From Octopus sinensis (lineage: Eukaryota): a DNA stretch of 64,000 nt. Positions 51,558 through 64,000 of this stretch are shown here, one piece after another (position 1 is the first letter of the stretch; each line of letters starts with the position of its first letter). Made by a program: the position numbers and the translations under genes. Location of the stretch: positions 113,336,001 to 113,400,000 of the forward strand of contig NC_042997.1 in the NCBI RefSeq assembly GCF_006345805.1, given 5' to 3'. The notes beneath the pieces are model-generated. The model saw only the letters and a program-made list of their open reading frames with translations, made no database searches and was not told the origin of the DNA.

Positions 51558-51790
51558 TACACACACATGCACATGCACACATACACACACATACAGAATG
51601 AAAGAAAAGTTTTATGAAACAGAGAAGTAGAACTCAATACAAGAGTATATATATATATCTCAATATATTTTTTACATCAATGTATATACATATGTGTGTA
51701 TGTGTATATATGAATATATGATATGGATGTACATGTTTATATATGTATATGTGTGTGTGTATATCAATGTATTGTTTTCAAATTTCTCAA
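50392..51790. repeat. Near-identical ~410-bp direct duplication (50392-50804 and 51378-51790)
   Basis: Repeat fragment, microsatellite and unique flank are all duplicated. Confidence 0.9.
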
Positions 51791-51953
51791 ACATTACTAA
51801 TGGTATTAAAACAAAACTTTGCCCCAGATATGCCAATGTGTTTTCTATTGTTGTCATCAGTGGAGGGAGTAATTATACACGTGACAGTCATAATTACAGG
51901 AAGTAATAATACACATATAGCAATCATAATAATCATGGATTATCCCAGGTTAT

Positions 51954-52585
51954 AAGGTGGCGAGCTGGCAGAAACGTTAGCACACTGGGCGAAATGCGTT
52001 GCCGTATTTTGTCTGCCATTACGTTCTGAGTTCAAATTCTGCCAAGGTCGACTTTGCCTTTCATCCTTTCGAAGTCGATAAATTAAGTACCAGTTACACA
52101 CTGGGGTCGATGTAATCGACTTAATCCATTTGTCTGTCCTAGTTTCTCCCCTCTGTGTTTAGCCCCTTGTGGGTAGTAAAGAAATAGGTATTTCGTCTGT
52201 CTTTATGTTCTGAGTTCAAATTCTGCTGAGGTCGACTTTGCCTTTTGTCCTTTTGGGGTCGAGGTCGATAAATTAAGTACCAATTGTGTACTGGGGTCAG
52301 TCTATTTGGTTAACTCCCTCCCCCAAAATTTCAGGCCTTGTGCCTAGAGTAGAAAAGAATATAAAACTATATAAAGGCGGCGAGCTGGCAGAAACGTTAG
52401 CATGCCAGCGCAATGCTTAGAAGTATTTTGCCTGTCTTTACATTCTGAGTTCCAATTCAGCTGAGGGCAACTTTACCTTTCATTCTTTTGGAGTCAATAA
52501 ATTAAGTACCAGTTGTGTACTGGGGTCGATCTAATCAACTGGCCCCTTCCCCAAAGATTTCAGGCCTTGTGCCTAGAGAAGAAAA
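51954..52585 (+). mobile_element. Three head-to-tail family B SINE units within one TSD
   Basis: ggattatc(c/t)caggttat at 51937-51953 and 52586-52602. Confidence 0.8.
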
Positions 52586-53097
52586 GGATTATCTCAGGTT
52601 ATTAGCAGTAACATGATAAAGCTGTTATTCCAATCACTACGGCAGCAAACTGGCAGAACCATTAGCTCACCAGGCAAAATGCTTACAGGTATTTCATCAG
52701 ACTTTATATACTGAGTTCAAATTCCACCAAGATCGACTTTGCCTTTCTTCCTTTGTGGGGACAAGAAAATAGTACCAGTTGTGTACTGGGGTTGATGTAA
52801 TCAACTTAACCCCGTCTTGAAATTACTGGTCTTGTGCCAAAATGTGAAACCATTATTATTTCAACGACTGTTGTTTCATGCTCAATGAATTTCCCAGACA
52901 ACAAATGGAAAATCTGCAAAATATCATCACCATAAGCGCAGGAGCAGCTGTGTGGTAAAAACCTTGCTTCCCAACCACATGGTCTTGGGTTCAGTCCCAC
53001 TGCATGGCACTTTGGGCAAGTATCTTTTAATACAGCCTCAGGCCGACCAAAGCCTTGTGAGTGGATTTGGTAGACAGAAACTGGAAGAAGCCCATCG

Positions 53098-53133
<36 letters not shown>

Positions 53134-53392
53134 CGTGTGTGGGTATGTATGTTTGTGTGCCTGTGTTTGTCCTCACACCATCTCTTGACAACTGATGTTG
53201 GTGTGTGTACATCTCCGTAACTTAGCAGTTTGGCAAAAGAGACTGATAGAATAAGTACTAGGCTTACAAAGAATAAATCTCGGGGTCGATTTGTTCGAGT
53301 AAAGGCGGTGCTCCAGTATGGCCACAGTCAAAATGACTGAAACAAATAAAAGAATAAAAGAACGACCATCATAACCATCGTCCTCATCTAAC

Positions 53393-53475
53393 ATCTGTGA
53401 TCCAGGCTGGGCTGTGTGACAGGATCCACTTTGGTATGGATTTCACGGCTGGGGGCACTTGCTAATGCTAAGGAC
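53393..53475 (-). CDS. Candidate 83-nt exon
   Basis: ccttttatctttgtattcatttcag acceptor; phase 2 open: SLALASAPSREIHTKVDPVTQPSLDHR; donor gttaga moderate. Confidence 0.3.
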
Positions 53476-53604
53476 CTGAAATGAATACAAAGATAAAAGG
53501 TCTGAGATGTTTGCCAAATGCTGACATAATCAAATTCTTCCTCTCTGATTTTATGCAAACAATGGAACCACTTAAATACATAAGCTCTACTGTTGATCTC
53601 TATG

Positions 53605-54390
53605 CACAGTGTGTGTGTTGTGTGCATGTATATACCAGTGTGTGTGTGTGAATGCGTGTGTACATATACCAGTGTGTGTGGGGGGTGGTATGCACACATG
53701 TGTGTGTACATGCATACATATACTAGTGTGTGTGTGTTTACACGTGTATATGTGCATACATATACCAGAGTGTGTGTGGGGGGTCAGTGTGCATACATGC
53801 ATGCGTACATGTGTATATATACTAGTGTGTGTGTGTCTACATGTATATGTGTGCATACATCTACCAGTGTGGGTTTGTGGGTTTGTATGTGTGCATGTAC
53901 ACGTATGTACATGTACTAGTGTGTGTGTGTATGTGTTGTAGGCATACATATACCAGTGTGTGTGTGGATGTGTGCATACATGTACCAGTGTGTGTGTGTG
54001 TATGTGTACATTTACTAGTGTGTGTGTGCATGTACATTTACTAGTGTGTTTGGATGTGTGGATACATAAACCAGTCTGGGTGTATGAGTGTGTGGATGTG
54101 TGCATGCATAAACCAGTGTGTGTGTGGGTGTGTGTTTGTGCACATTTACTAGTGTGTATGTGTGTGTATATGCGTACATTTACTAGTGTGTGTGGGTGTG
54201 TGCATACATTTATTAGTGTGGGTGGATGTGTGCATACATATACCAGTCTGGGTTTGTGTGTGTGTGTGTGAGTGTGTGGATGTGTGCATACATATACCAG
54301 TATGTGTGTGTGTGTACATTTACTAGTGTGTATGTGCACATTTACTAGTGTGTGTGTTTGCGTGCATTTACTAGTGTGTGTGTGTGTAAG
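53605..54390. repeat. Degenerate TG-derived minisatellite punctuated by ACTAGT/ACCAGT
   Basis: Units of about 25-35 bp. Confidence 0.9.
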
Positions 54391-55354
54391 CATGCTACTT
54401 GAGAACCTGCCCTGTTCCCTTCCTCTGCCTCTGCTTTCAAGGTGTTACTGATAAGGAGCAACCCTTCAGCGCAAAGCAATTGCACGCATCTCATCCATCC
54501 AAGAAATGCTCTGTTTAGCAAGAAAATGGTAATTCCATCTTCTACCATGGTGTAATATATACCTTTTATCTTTTGTCATTTACATGTTTCAGTCATTAGG
54601 CTGTGGCCATGCTGGGGCACCACCTTGAAGAATTTTCTTAATTGAATGAATCAATCCCTCTACATGTTTCTATTTTTAAATCTGGCACTTATTCTATCGA
54701 CCTCCTTTGTCAAACTGCTAAGTTACAGGGATGCAAACACATCAATGCTGGTTGTCAAGAAGGGGTGGGGAACAAGTACACACACACACACATATGTATG
54801 ACAGGCTTCTTTCAGTTTCCATTTACCAAATCCACTCACAAGGCTTTGGTCAGTCTAAGGCTATAGTAGAAGACACTTGCCTAAGAGTCCATGCAATAAA
54901 ACTGAACCCAGAACCATGTGGTTGGGAAGAAAACTTCTTACCACACAGCCATGCTTGCTCCTTTGTATATAATGTGTGTATATGCATTTATATATGTGTG
55001 TGTGTGTATGAAGGCGCATGGCTTAGTGGTTAGGGCATTCCGCTCACAATCATAAGGTCATGGTTTCAATTCCTGGCAACGCGTTGTGTCCTTGAGCAAG
55101 ACATTTTATTTCACGTTGCTCCAGTCCACTCTGGTGGCAGAAATGAGTAGTCAGCACTCATCCACACACACACACACTAGCCTTGTCACATTCTGTGTCA
55201 CACTGAATCTCCCTGAGAACTACATTAAGGGTACACATGCCTGTGAGTTGCTCAACCACTTGCATGTTAATTTTACGAGCAAGCTGTTCCATTGACTGTA
55301 TCAGCTGGGACGCTCATTGTTGTAACTGATGGATACATATATATATATATAGTT

Positions 55355-55585
55355 ACAACCCACACCCAATGGGAGCTGCAGCTGCTAATGGACCACTTCT
55401 TCCAGGCCTGCAAGGACTTTGGGCTGACCATCAGCCTGAAGGAGACAAATGTCCTAGTGCAAGGCACACCAGCACAACATGCCATCACCATAAATGACTA
55501 CAAACTTGAAGTTGTTCGTCAATTCACCTACCTTGGGTCCATCATCACTAACAATCTCTCTCTCGATGCCAAGATTGACAAGTCT
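55355..55585 (+). mobile_element. Internal RT fragment of a BovB-like RTE LINE
   Basis: ELQLLMDHFFQACKDFGLTISLKETNVL...LEVVRQFTYLGSII. Confidence 0.85.
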
Positions 55586-55666
55586 TTTATATTTTGAGCC
55601 TATGCTCTTCAACAGAAAGGAACACAGAAATAAAGAGAAAATAGAAAAAGGTTTAGTAGCTAACAA

Positions 55667-55707
<41 letters not shown>

Positions 55708-57645
55708 CGTGAGGTGTGCTGGGGGTGGTTTATCTCCATCAGTCACCTGCTGCTGTTGTTGTTGTTGTTGTTGTTGTTGTTGCTGTTGCTGTTGTTCTTG
55801 TTGCTATTGCTACTGTTGTTATTGTTATTGTTGCTGCTGTTGTTGTTATTTTCTTTGAGTTTCAAAGTGTCAGTCTTTGTCTCTGCTTAAGAAATGAGTG
55901 ATCGCTGTCTCTTTTGGTCGGTTGGCAAGTAATTTGTCACTGACATGTCATCAAGATCACATGGCAAGTGATGACAAAACACTCTCCCGTCAGCAAAATC
56001 TCAATCTTGTCTGGTTCAATTCCGATATTATTCACAGAAATTATTCAAGTGGTTATTAAATGAAATAATCTTCGTCTATGTCACACGCACGCAAGTCTAT
56101 GACAAATCAATAAACAGGCAGATCACACTTATATATGTACAGTTTAAGCGTATAACAGGAATATGAGATAACATACCAACAAATACCCTTGTCATTATAT
56201 ACATTGTGTGTGTGTTTGTGTATGAGTGCGCACACGCATGTGTGTGCACTTAGGTGTGTGCGTGCATGTATGTTTGTGCATGAGTGTGTGCACGCATGTG
56301 TGTGTGCATGTGTATGTGTGTGTGTGTGTGTGTGTGCATCTCTGTACGTGTGCACACGTGTGTGTGGTTTTTTATAAGCAGAGGAACAGGTGAGAGGATC
56401 AGGTAAAATACTGTTATTGACAGAAAAAAGTTGACAGTGAGCCACTACCAACAATCAAGCTATGAATCTCTCAAATTCTGGTTGAGTACTTTGTGCCATG
56501 GAGGTAAATAATCTTAGCCAGAACTTGAGAGGTGCAGAGTTCTCTTAATTATATATATATATATATAATATATAGAGAATTAAGAGACAATTAATCATGA
56601 AAGATATTATCTATAATCATGAAAGATGTTATCTATAATAAAATATAAATTTAAATAATGTATGTATGTTTGTGTATCTGTGTTTGTCCCCCACCATCGC
56701 TTGACAACCGATGTTGGTGTGTTCATGTCCCCGTAACTTAGCTGTTTGGCAAAAGGAGACTAATAGAATAAGTACTAGGCTTACAAAGACTAAGTCCTGG
56801 GGTCGATTTATTCGACTAAAGGCAGTGCTCCAGCATGGCCGCAATCAAATGACTGAAACAACTAAAAGAAAAAAAAGAATATATACATATAAATAAATAA
56901 ATATATATATATATAATCTTCATCATTGCCATCATTAACATTCAACTTCTGCTTTCCATGTCGACATGGCTCAGACAATTTGACAGATTCCAGTGAGCTG
57001 CAAGATGGCATCAAACTCCAGTATCGGCCTTGGCAAGGTTTTTAATTGCTGGTTGCCCCTTCCTAATGCCAACCACTTTGGCAATGGAACTTTTGTATTC
57101 AGGCCAGGGAGGATGGAAGTTAAAGTCAACATTGGTGAGATTAGAACTCAGAACTCAAAACTGCTGGAATAAATACAGCAGGCAAATGCTTTTTATCTGA
57201 TGCTTTTGCAACTCGACTAATTTACCAGCCAACTTTGCCAATTAATTTCAATGAGAGCAAGCCTAATAAGAGATTTTTTATGATTTAGTCAAAATAAACC
57301 TAATGAAAGTTCCAAACATTTGCACATTATGAGAATGATATTTTATGTTTGTTTTTGGTTCTGTTTATTGTTTATTTCTTGTCTTTGTTTTTTTTTTTTA
57401 ATGGCCAGGTGGGAAATGAAAAACATCTGTAGAATGACATTCCATTCCAAGCACAGATGTTTTGTGCTCTCATCTTTTCATTCACTTTTCACACATAGTA
57501 TCTGACAACGACAACATCAACAACATCAGCAACAACAGCAGCCACAATGACTATGAGGACACCAACAAAAATAACAGCAGTGGCAGCAGCAGCAGCCACA
57601 ACATATGCTTACTGGGTAAACTGCCAAAATTTACCATTTTTCAAG

Positions 57646-57738
57646 TGGATATCAGAATCGTATATCCAATATTTTACTAATCTTTTTGGCATTGTTACAT
57701 ATTCAGACTGTTATAAATCAGATTTGCATTCACTACAG
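57646..57738 (+). CDS. Candidate 93-nt plus-strand exon
   Basis: ccatttttcaag acceptor, CAG|gtaaat donor, phase 0-0 open: WISESYIQYFTNLFGIVTYSDCYKSDLHSLQ. Confidence 0.25.
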
Positions 57739-58955
57739 GTAAATGACATGGTTGTTTTTTGTTGTTTTTTTTTTTGCTTTAGGTTTTTGTTTTTCTGTCT
57801 TCTTCGCATTTTTTTTTTCTTTCCTCATCTTCTCAACCTTTATCACTGAATGTGTTGTTTGGTTTCTACAATTCATTACAAATACGTTGTAAAACAAAGG
57901 TTAATATCCTGCCAGATGAGAGAACAATCAAGAAATGCCATGATCTGTTTTTGTGTTACAATCTTTTCACAAATTATTTTGCAGTCATCCAAGAATTTGG
58001 ACATTAGTTTTAAACACGTCATGTGTAAGATTCCTGTACAAATAGATTGCTTTGACCAAAATAATGATATAAAGAATAATAGATGAAATGATTTGTTTTA
58101 TTACAGTTCTGCGTTGCCTTACTGGCACTTGTGCTGGTGGCACATGAAAAAAAACATTCGAGCGAGGTCGTTGCCAGTGCCGCTGGACTGGCTCCTGTGC
58201 ATGTGGCACATAAAAAGCACCATTTGAGCATGGCCGTTGCCAGTACTGCCTGACTGGCCCTCGTGCCGGTGGCACGTAAAAGCACCCACCACACTCTTGG
58301 AGTGGTTGGCGTTAGGAAGGGCATCCAGTTGCAGATGATGATGTCATCATCATTTAATATCTGTTTTCCATGCTGGCATAGGCTGGACAGTTTTACAGGA
58401 GCTTGCAAAGCCAGAAGCCATGCCAGGTTCCAATTGTCTGTTTTGGCATGGTTTCTACAGTTGGATGCCCTTCCTAATGCCAACCACTCTACAGAGTGTA
58501 CAGGGTGCTTTTCATGTGGCACCAGCACCAGCGGAGTTGCCAAATAGCTTGCAAGACAAAGACCTCTTAGCTGAGAGAGAGGCTAGAACTAAGAGAAGTG
58601 ACCATATGCCAGGTGAGAGGTTAGAGTATGAGAGAGATGAAGTAAGAAAGTTTCTCATTGGTAGATAAATCCATTTGACTGTCAAACAAAATAAAGGTTA
58701 CATATATGTGCAAGTGTGGCTGCGTGGTTAAGAAGCTTGTTTTCCAATCAAATGGTTCCAGGTTCAATCCTACCATGTGACATCTTTGGCAAGTATCTTC
58801 TCTGCATCATGACCTGAAATGTAAGATTTTGTTTCCTTCCTGATGACCGAGGCTTGATTTATCCAATATTTATTCGCTTCCATTACTGGCTGCATATTTT
58901 GATGAACTACATCTACCAGGATCTCTGAGCCCCGAGAAACAGTTATTGGACTTAC

Positions 58956-59015
58956 AACACCCTATATCCTCCCCTTTAATTTTCACTGTCATTTTGTACT
59001 CCGAGTAAGTTTGAT
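58956..59015 (-). CDS. Candidate 60-nt exon
   Basis: attaatag acceptor, gtaagt donor, phase 1-1 open: QTYSEYKMTVKIKGEDIGC. Confidence 0.25.
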
Positions 59016-59193
59016 CTATTAATATATAAAGATCTATTACAAGTAGAAAGATATATTTTTCCAATGTGTAAATACTTATAGAACTGCATATATAGGATAA
59101 AATCCTTCCAGAGCAGAAAAATCTGTCAGCAACCAGCCATAAGACTCAAACTCACATTCCTTTGATTTCCAGTCAAAGTGCTTTACCATTTAA

Positions 59194-59415
59194 CCCTTTT
59201 GTTACCAACCCGGCTGAAACCAGCTCTGGCTCTGTAGTACAAATGTCTTGTTTTCAAAAGTTTAGAATTAAAATCTTTCACCAAACCTTAGTCACAATTT
59301 ATGTTCCTAACACTAGCTTAATGATAACTAAGTTATTTTACTAAATTCTTTGTTATATTTAAAATCAATTGAAAGAAACACAGAGCATCTCAAAATAAAT
59401 TCAATAATGAAAGGG
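59194..59415. mobile_element. piggyBac-like MITE, copy 1
   Basis: TTAA-CCCTTT ... AAAGGG-TTAA. Confidence 0.85.
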
Positions 59416-59446
59416 TTAAGATATAAAATAGAGAAACAATTCTTAA

Positions 59447-59667
59447 CCCTTTCATTAGCAACCTAGCTGAAACCACCCCTGGCTCTGTAGTATAAATGCC
59501 TTGTTTTCAAAAGTTTTGAATTAAAATCCTCCACTAAACCTTAGTCACAATTTATGTTCTTAACACTAGCTTAATGATAACTAAGTTATTTTACTAAATT
59601 CTTTGTAATATTTAATGTAATTGAAAGAAACACAGAACATCTCAAAATAAATTCAATAATGAAAGGG
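59447..59667. mobile_element. piggyBac-like MITE, copy 2
   Basis: TTAA-CCCTTTCATTA ... TAATGAAAGGG-TTAA; colinear with copy 1. Confidence 0.85.
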
Positions 59668-61752
59668 TTAAGCTAAACTACCCACTGACAAATTCTTCTG
59701 CAATTTTAAAACTTATAAACTCATCGAGAAACACTAGATAGAATAGAAATTATGTTTTATTCTCTATGTACTGATTTTATCCTTTATATGCTGTTCTGTC
59801 AGTACTTATGCTTTGAAAAATATATCTTTCTACTTATCGTATTTTAACATGTGTAAGGAACATTTGTGTATAAGAAACGACAATTCATTTCAGTGCTTCA
59901 AAACTCACACTTATGTTTGTTTACATATGATGTAATAAATATGTATATATTTATAATTAAATATTCATGATTTTGAGTCAAGTAAAATCAAAGATCAAAG
60001 ATCAAATCACAATCAAATGGAAATTGTAGTTGTGATTGATGCCAGTGCCACCTGACTGGCTCTCATGCTGGAAGCACACAATAAGCACCATTCATGTATG
60101 GGTCATTGCCAGTGCCGCCTGACTGGCTCCCTGTCCCAGTGGCACATAAAAAGTACCTAGTACCTTCTCAGAATGGTTGGTGTTAGAAAGGGCATCCAGC
60201 TGTAGAAACATTGCCAGAACAGATTGGAACCTGATGCAGCCTCCTGGCTTCCCAGACCCCGGTCGAACCGTCCAACCCATGCTAGCATGGAAAACGGACG
60301 TTAAACAAGGACGATGACGGCAGCGACGATGATGATGACCTGAAAATCTTCAGTCATTGCTTTCTTTCTGTTTTCATGTATGCACATATTCTTTTATTCT
60401 TTTACATGTTTCAGTCATTTGACTGTGGCCATGCTGGAGCACCACCTTTAGTTGAACAGTTCGATCCCAGGACTTATTTCTTGTAAGCCTAGTATTTGTT
60501 CCATCGGCCTCTTTTGCTGAACTGCTAAGTTACAAGGGACTTAAACACGCCAACATCAGTTGTCAAGAGATGGTGCGAGGACAAACAAAGACACACAAAT
60601 ACATACACACACGCATGCATGCACACACACACACACACATAAAAGGTTTGTTTTAGTTTTCTTCTACCAAAATCTTTGGTAAGCCCAAGCTATAGTAGAA
60701 GACACTTGCCCAAGGTGCGATGCAGTGGGACTGAACCTGGAACCATGTGATTGGGAAGCAAACTTCTTACTACACAGCCACTCCTGTGCCTATAACCACT
60801 CCTATCAAACCCAATTGTTATATTTAATTTGTTTGTCTGCATAATTGCCTCCATATCTGCTCACCTTGATTCCTCTTTCCACCACTCTTTACTCTGCGGA
60901 ATTGGTCTATGTCTAAGTTTGAATCATTTGAACGTTACTGTTTTCTATACTGAGAATCTCTGGATCTCATCTGTTGAAAATCTGACAGTTCTGCTGAATT
61001 TTTTGTGCGTGGCATGGTTACTCTTCACGAATGTTTAATATAATGGCACCGGGAATGAAAAAGAATAATTACATTGTAAATTCTACACCACTGAAAACAT
61101 ATTAAGACGCTTAGATCAGAAATTTTGAAAATTAAAGGTGTCTATTTATTTCCTGCATGTCTGTGTATATATTTATTTAAAAACAGTTATATACTTTTGT
61201 GTGTATGTATGTATAAATATATATGTGTGTGTCTCCATTTGTATATGATAAAGAAAGTGTGTCTGCATGATGTGCGCGTGACAGAACATGTATTTGGTTT
61301 CCAGCTATTCCTGCTGTTTTAATTGAAAGCAAAACTAGGTTGTAAAAATGATATCTTCATATATAGAAAGTTTAGCTCTATTGATGAAGCTGTTGATTAT
61401 ATAAAGACTTTGCATGCTGTAAATGTGTCTCTTAATAACTGGTTGTCTGGCATATGTGGTGAGTCTTGGTGAAGAGGTAACTGTGAGCACACTATTGTTC
61501 ACACGACCAAGCTTCTATTTGCTATCACGGCATCATAATCATAATCTAATACCCGTTTTCCATACTGGTATGAGTTGGATGGTTTTACCGGAGTTGGTAA
61601 AGCCAGGAACCACACCAAGCTCCATTTATCTGTTCTGGCATTGTTTCTACAGCTGGATGATGCCCTTCCTAATGACAACCACTACACAGAGTGGACTGGG
61701 TGTTTTATTATGTGGAACCAGCACCACCATCAATTCTACTGTGGCAGACAAG

Positions 61753-61796
<44 letters not shown>

Positions 61797-61894
61797 ATAT
61801 ATATATATGTGTGTTTTCAATGTCTGTTTTCCATGCCGGCATGGGTCGGATGGTTTGACTGAAAACTGGAGAGCTGCAACAGGTTTCAATCTAT

Positions 61895-61934
<40 letters not shown>

Positions 61935-62280
61935 GAGATGTACTTGCATAGCAAGTGACTTGATCTGAGATCGTGTGCTTGAACGAAAACAATTGCAGCA
62001 TGGAAGGTGTTTATAAGCCATTTAAGAAACACACAAAAACCATTAGATTCACTTCAACAATTAAATTTAATTTGTCAAAATATTTTCGTCGCTTTGAGAC
62101 CGTGACCTGTTCACTGACAAAACTTCATGGAGATGCAGCATGAAGTTTTGTCAGTGAACAGGTCGCAGTCTCAATGCAACGAAAATATTTTGACAAATTA
62201 AATTTAAATGTTGAAGTGAATCTAATGGTTTTTGTGTGTTTCTCAAATGGCTTATAAACACCTTCCACGCTGCAATTGTT
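61935..62280 (-). mobile_element. Penelope-like fragment forming a palindrome (142-bp arms) next to (TA)n
   Basis: Arms 61988-62129 and 62139-62280, about 7 mismatches, 9-nt spacer; hammerhead-fold motif in each arm. Confidence 0.7.
62147..62197 (+). ncRNA. Variant type I hammerhead fold (G3-C8 core); mirror copy at 62071-62121 on the minus strand
   Basis: TTTGTCA-GTGAACA-G-GTCGC-9nt-GC(A/G)AC-GAAA-ATAT-TT-TGACAAA. Confidence 0.6.
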
Positions 62281-64000
62281 ATATACATATTTATATTAGG
62301 AAAAATAAGAAAATAGAGATAAAATTGATAATTGATAAACATCAATTATTATTTATTGATTACAAAAAGATAATATCTCATCTAACAGCTGTTTCTAGTT
62401 TGGGCATAATCAGGCTGTCAGGCAGTACTGGCATCAGCCAGACTTGAATGGTGCTTTTTATGTGCCACTGGCATGGGAGCCAGTCAGGCAACACTGGCAA
62501 TGACCACACTTGAATGGTGCTTTTTACGTACCACTGGCATGGGAGCCAGTCGAATATTTGCAATAATTTGTTTGAAGACACTGATATTTACTGCTACAGT
62601 TTATTGTGGCTGCATTTGTTGTTTGTTCAATCAAGACGGTTATTGCTGAGTAGTTTCTAAAGTAGTAAACAGTCTATGAAAAGAATAGCAGGGAAATATA
62701 AATCAAACACAACGGAAGATCCTTCGCATGTAACCACTTTGAAATCAGGATATCCAATTAAGTTTTATCCAATTACGTTATGTTGGAAACGTATTTCTGT
62801 CTCCAATCATGTTTTTTTTCTTGCTACTTCAATAACAGTGTAACACTGGATACATCACAACTCCTGAGCTTCATATGCTTAATTCTAATTGCTTGTTTAA
62901 TGCTAGATACATTAAATACAAATTTTACTGTTGTTTTTCATTCAGATGGTGTCTCTGTAATTAAACTGAATATTTTTTGTGCTAACCTTGGATCGTAGAG
63001 TGACCTGCTGTTCTTGAGGAGACCTATTGAGTCAAGTACGTCAACATCAAAATAAAAATCAAATGGAAATTGTAGTTAAGACACTCGTGCCAGTGACACA
63101 TAAAAAGCACCATCCATGACGGTGACACGTAGAAGCACCAACCAATCATGGCCGTTTGCCAGCCTGCTCTGGTCCCTGAGCCGGTGGGACATAAAAAACA
63201 CTCACTACACTCACAGAGTGGTTGGCGTTAGGAAGGGCATCCAGCTGTACAAACACTGCCAAGTCAGACTAGAGCCTGGTGCAGCCTCCATAGCTTACCA
63301 GACCCCGGTTGAACCGTCCAACCTATGCTAGCATGGAAAACAGACATTAAATGATGATGATGATTTTTTTTATTGTATTCTCTTGTTTCTTCTGCCTATT
63401 TGCGTGCAACATTCTACAAGGACAAAATGAAAAGTTCACAAGATGACTGTAAAGGAGTGATTTTACACCTCCTAAGTGATTCTCTCATCACTACTTCAGC
63501 TAGAGTGGTGATGTTTATACTCCACTGTGGAAGTCACTAAAATAGAAACCTGTCTAAAATTATCTCCCTTAATGAAGTAACTAAATTAATTAGTCCTTGT
63601 GCTGATATTGTCTGTCCTTCATTACAAAATACTTTTAATTCGGTATTTAGTGCCTCAAGACATTAAATATCTAACACTAACATTACCTCTATGCATACAG
63701 TTTATGGATTAAAAACTAGTGTGCTACTTGGCAGATGATGGGCAACTTTGGAAGTCTACTTATTTGTCAGGATGGTTAATAACAGGAAATATGGTATTCT
63801 TACAATAATTTCTATAAAATTTCTTGGTGTTTATACAAAATAACTGTTTCAAATTTTGGCACAAGGCCAGCAATTTTAGGGGAGAGTGAGGTTAATCAAT
63901 TACATCAATATTTGTACTTGACTTCTACTTTGTTTTCGTGACTCCTAAAAAAATAAAAAAAGGCAAGTTGAACTCAGCAGAACTTGAACCCTGAGAGTAA

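Noticed and set aside
53587-54393. 268-aa ORF, the longest in the track
   Set aside because: His/Thr-rich artefact of a TG-derived minisatellite
58840-58870. CTGATGA motif
   Set aside because: No stem II or GAAA downstream
58852-59004. Plus-strand 153-nt exon ending at gtaagt
   Set aside because: Open, but the GAG acceptor is weak and it overlaps a competing minus-strand candidate; cannot be supported without RNA data

Overview
AT-rich, repeat-saturated eukaryotic DNA. The SINE families and microsatellite style point to an octopus (coleoid cephalopod) genome; this is inference. No intact long gene is visible. Most of the window is relic mobile DNA: three tRNA-derived SINE families, a decayed RTE-clade LINE whose 3' UTR is the most frequent repeat here, CR1-type and R4/Dong-type LINE tails, two Tc1/mariner transposase relics with TIRs, hAT, piggyBac and Tigger-like MITEs, and many micro/minisatellites. 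The least obvious layer is about a dozen short fragments, many beside (TA)n or other microsatellites and often folded into inverted repeats, that carry complete or partial type I hammerhead-ribozyme motifs typical of Penelope-like elements. One copy has an intact core (23227-23272), one family has a long stem II insert, and one palindrome (61988-62280) carries a hammerhead fold whose invariant C3-G8 pair is swapped to G3-C8. Several short splice-site-bounded open segments, mostly on the minus strand, may be exons of an unidentified host gene or pseudogene; these calls are low confidence. All coordinates were counted by eye and may be off by a few bases.
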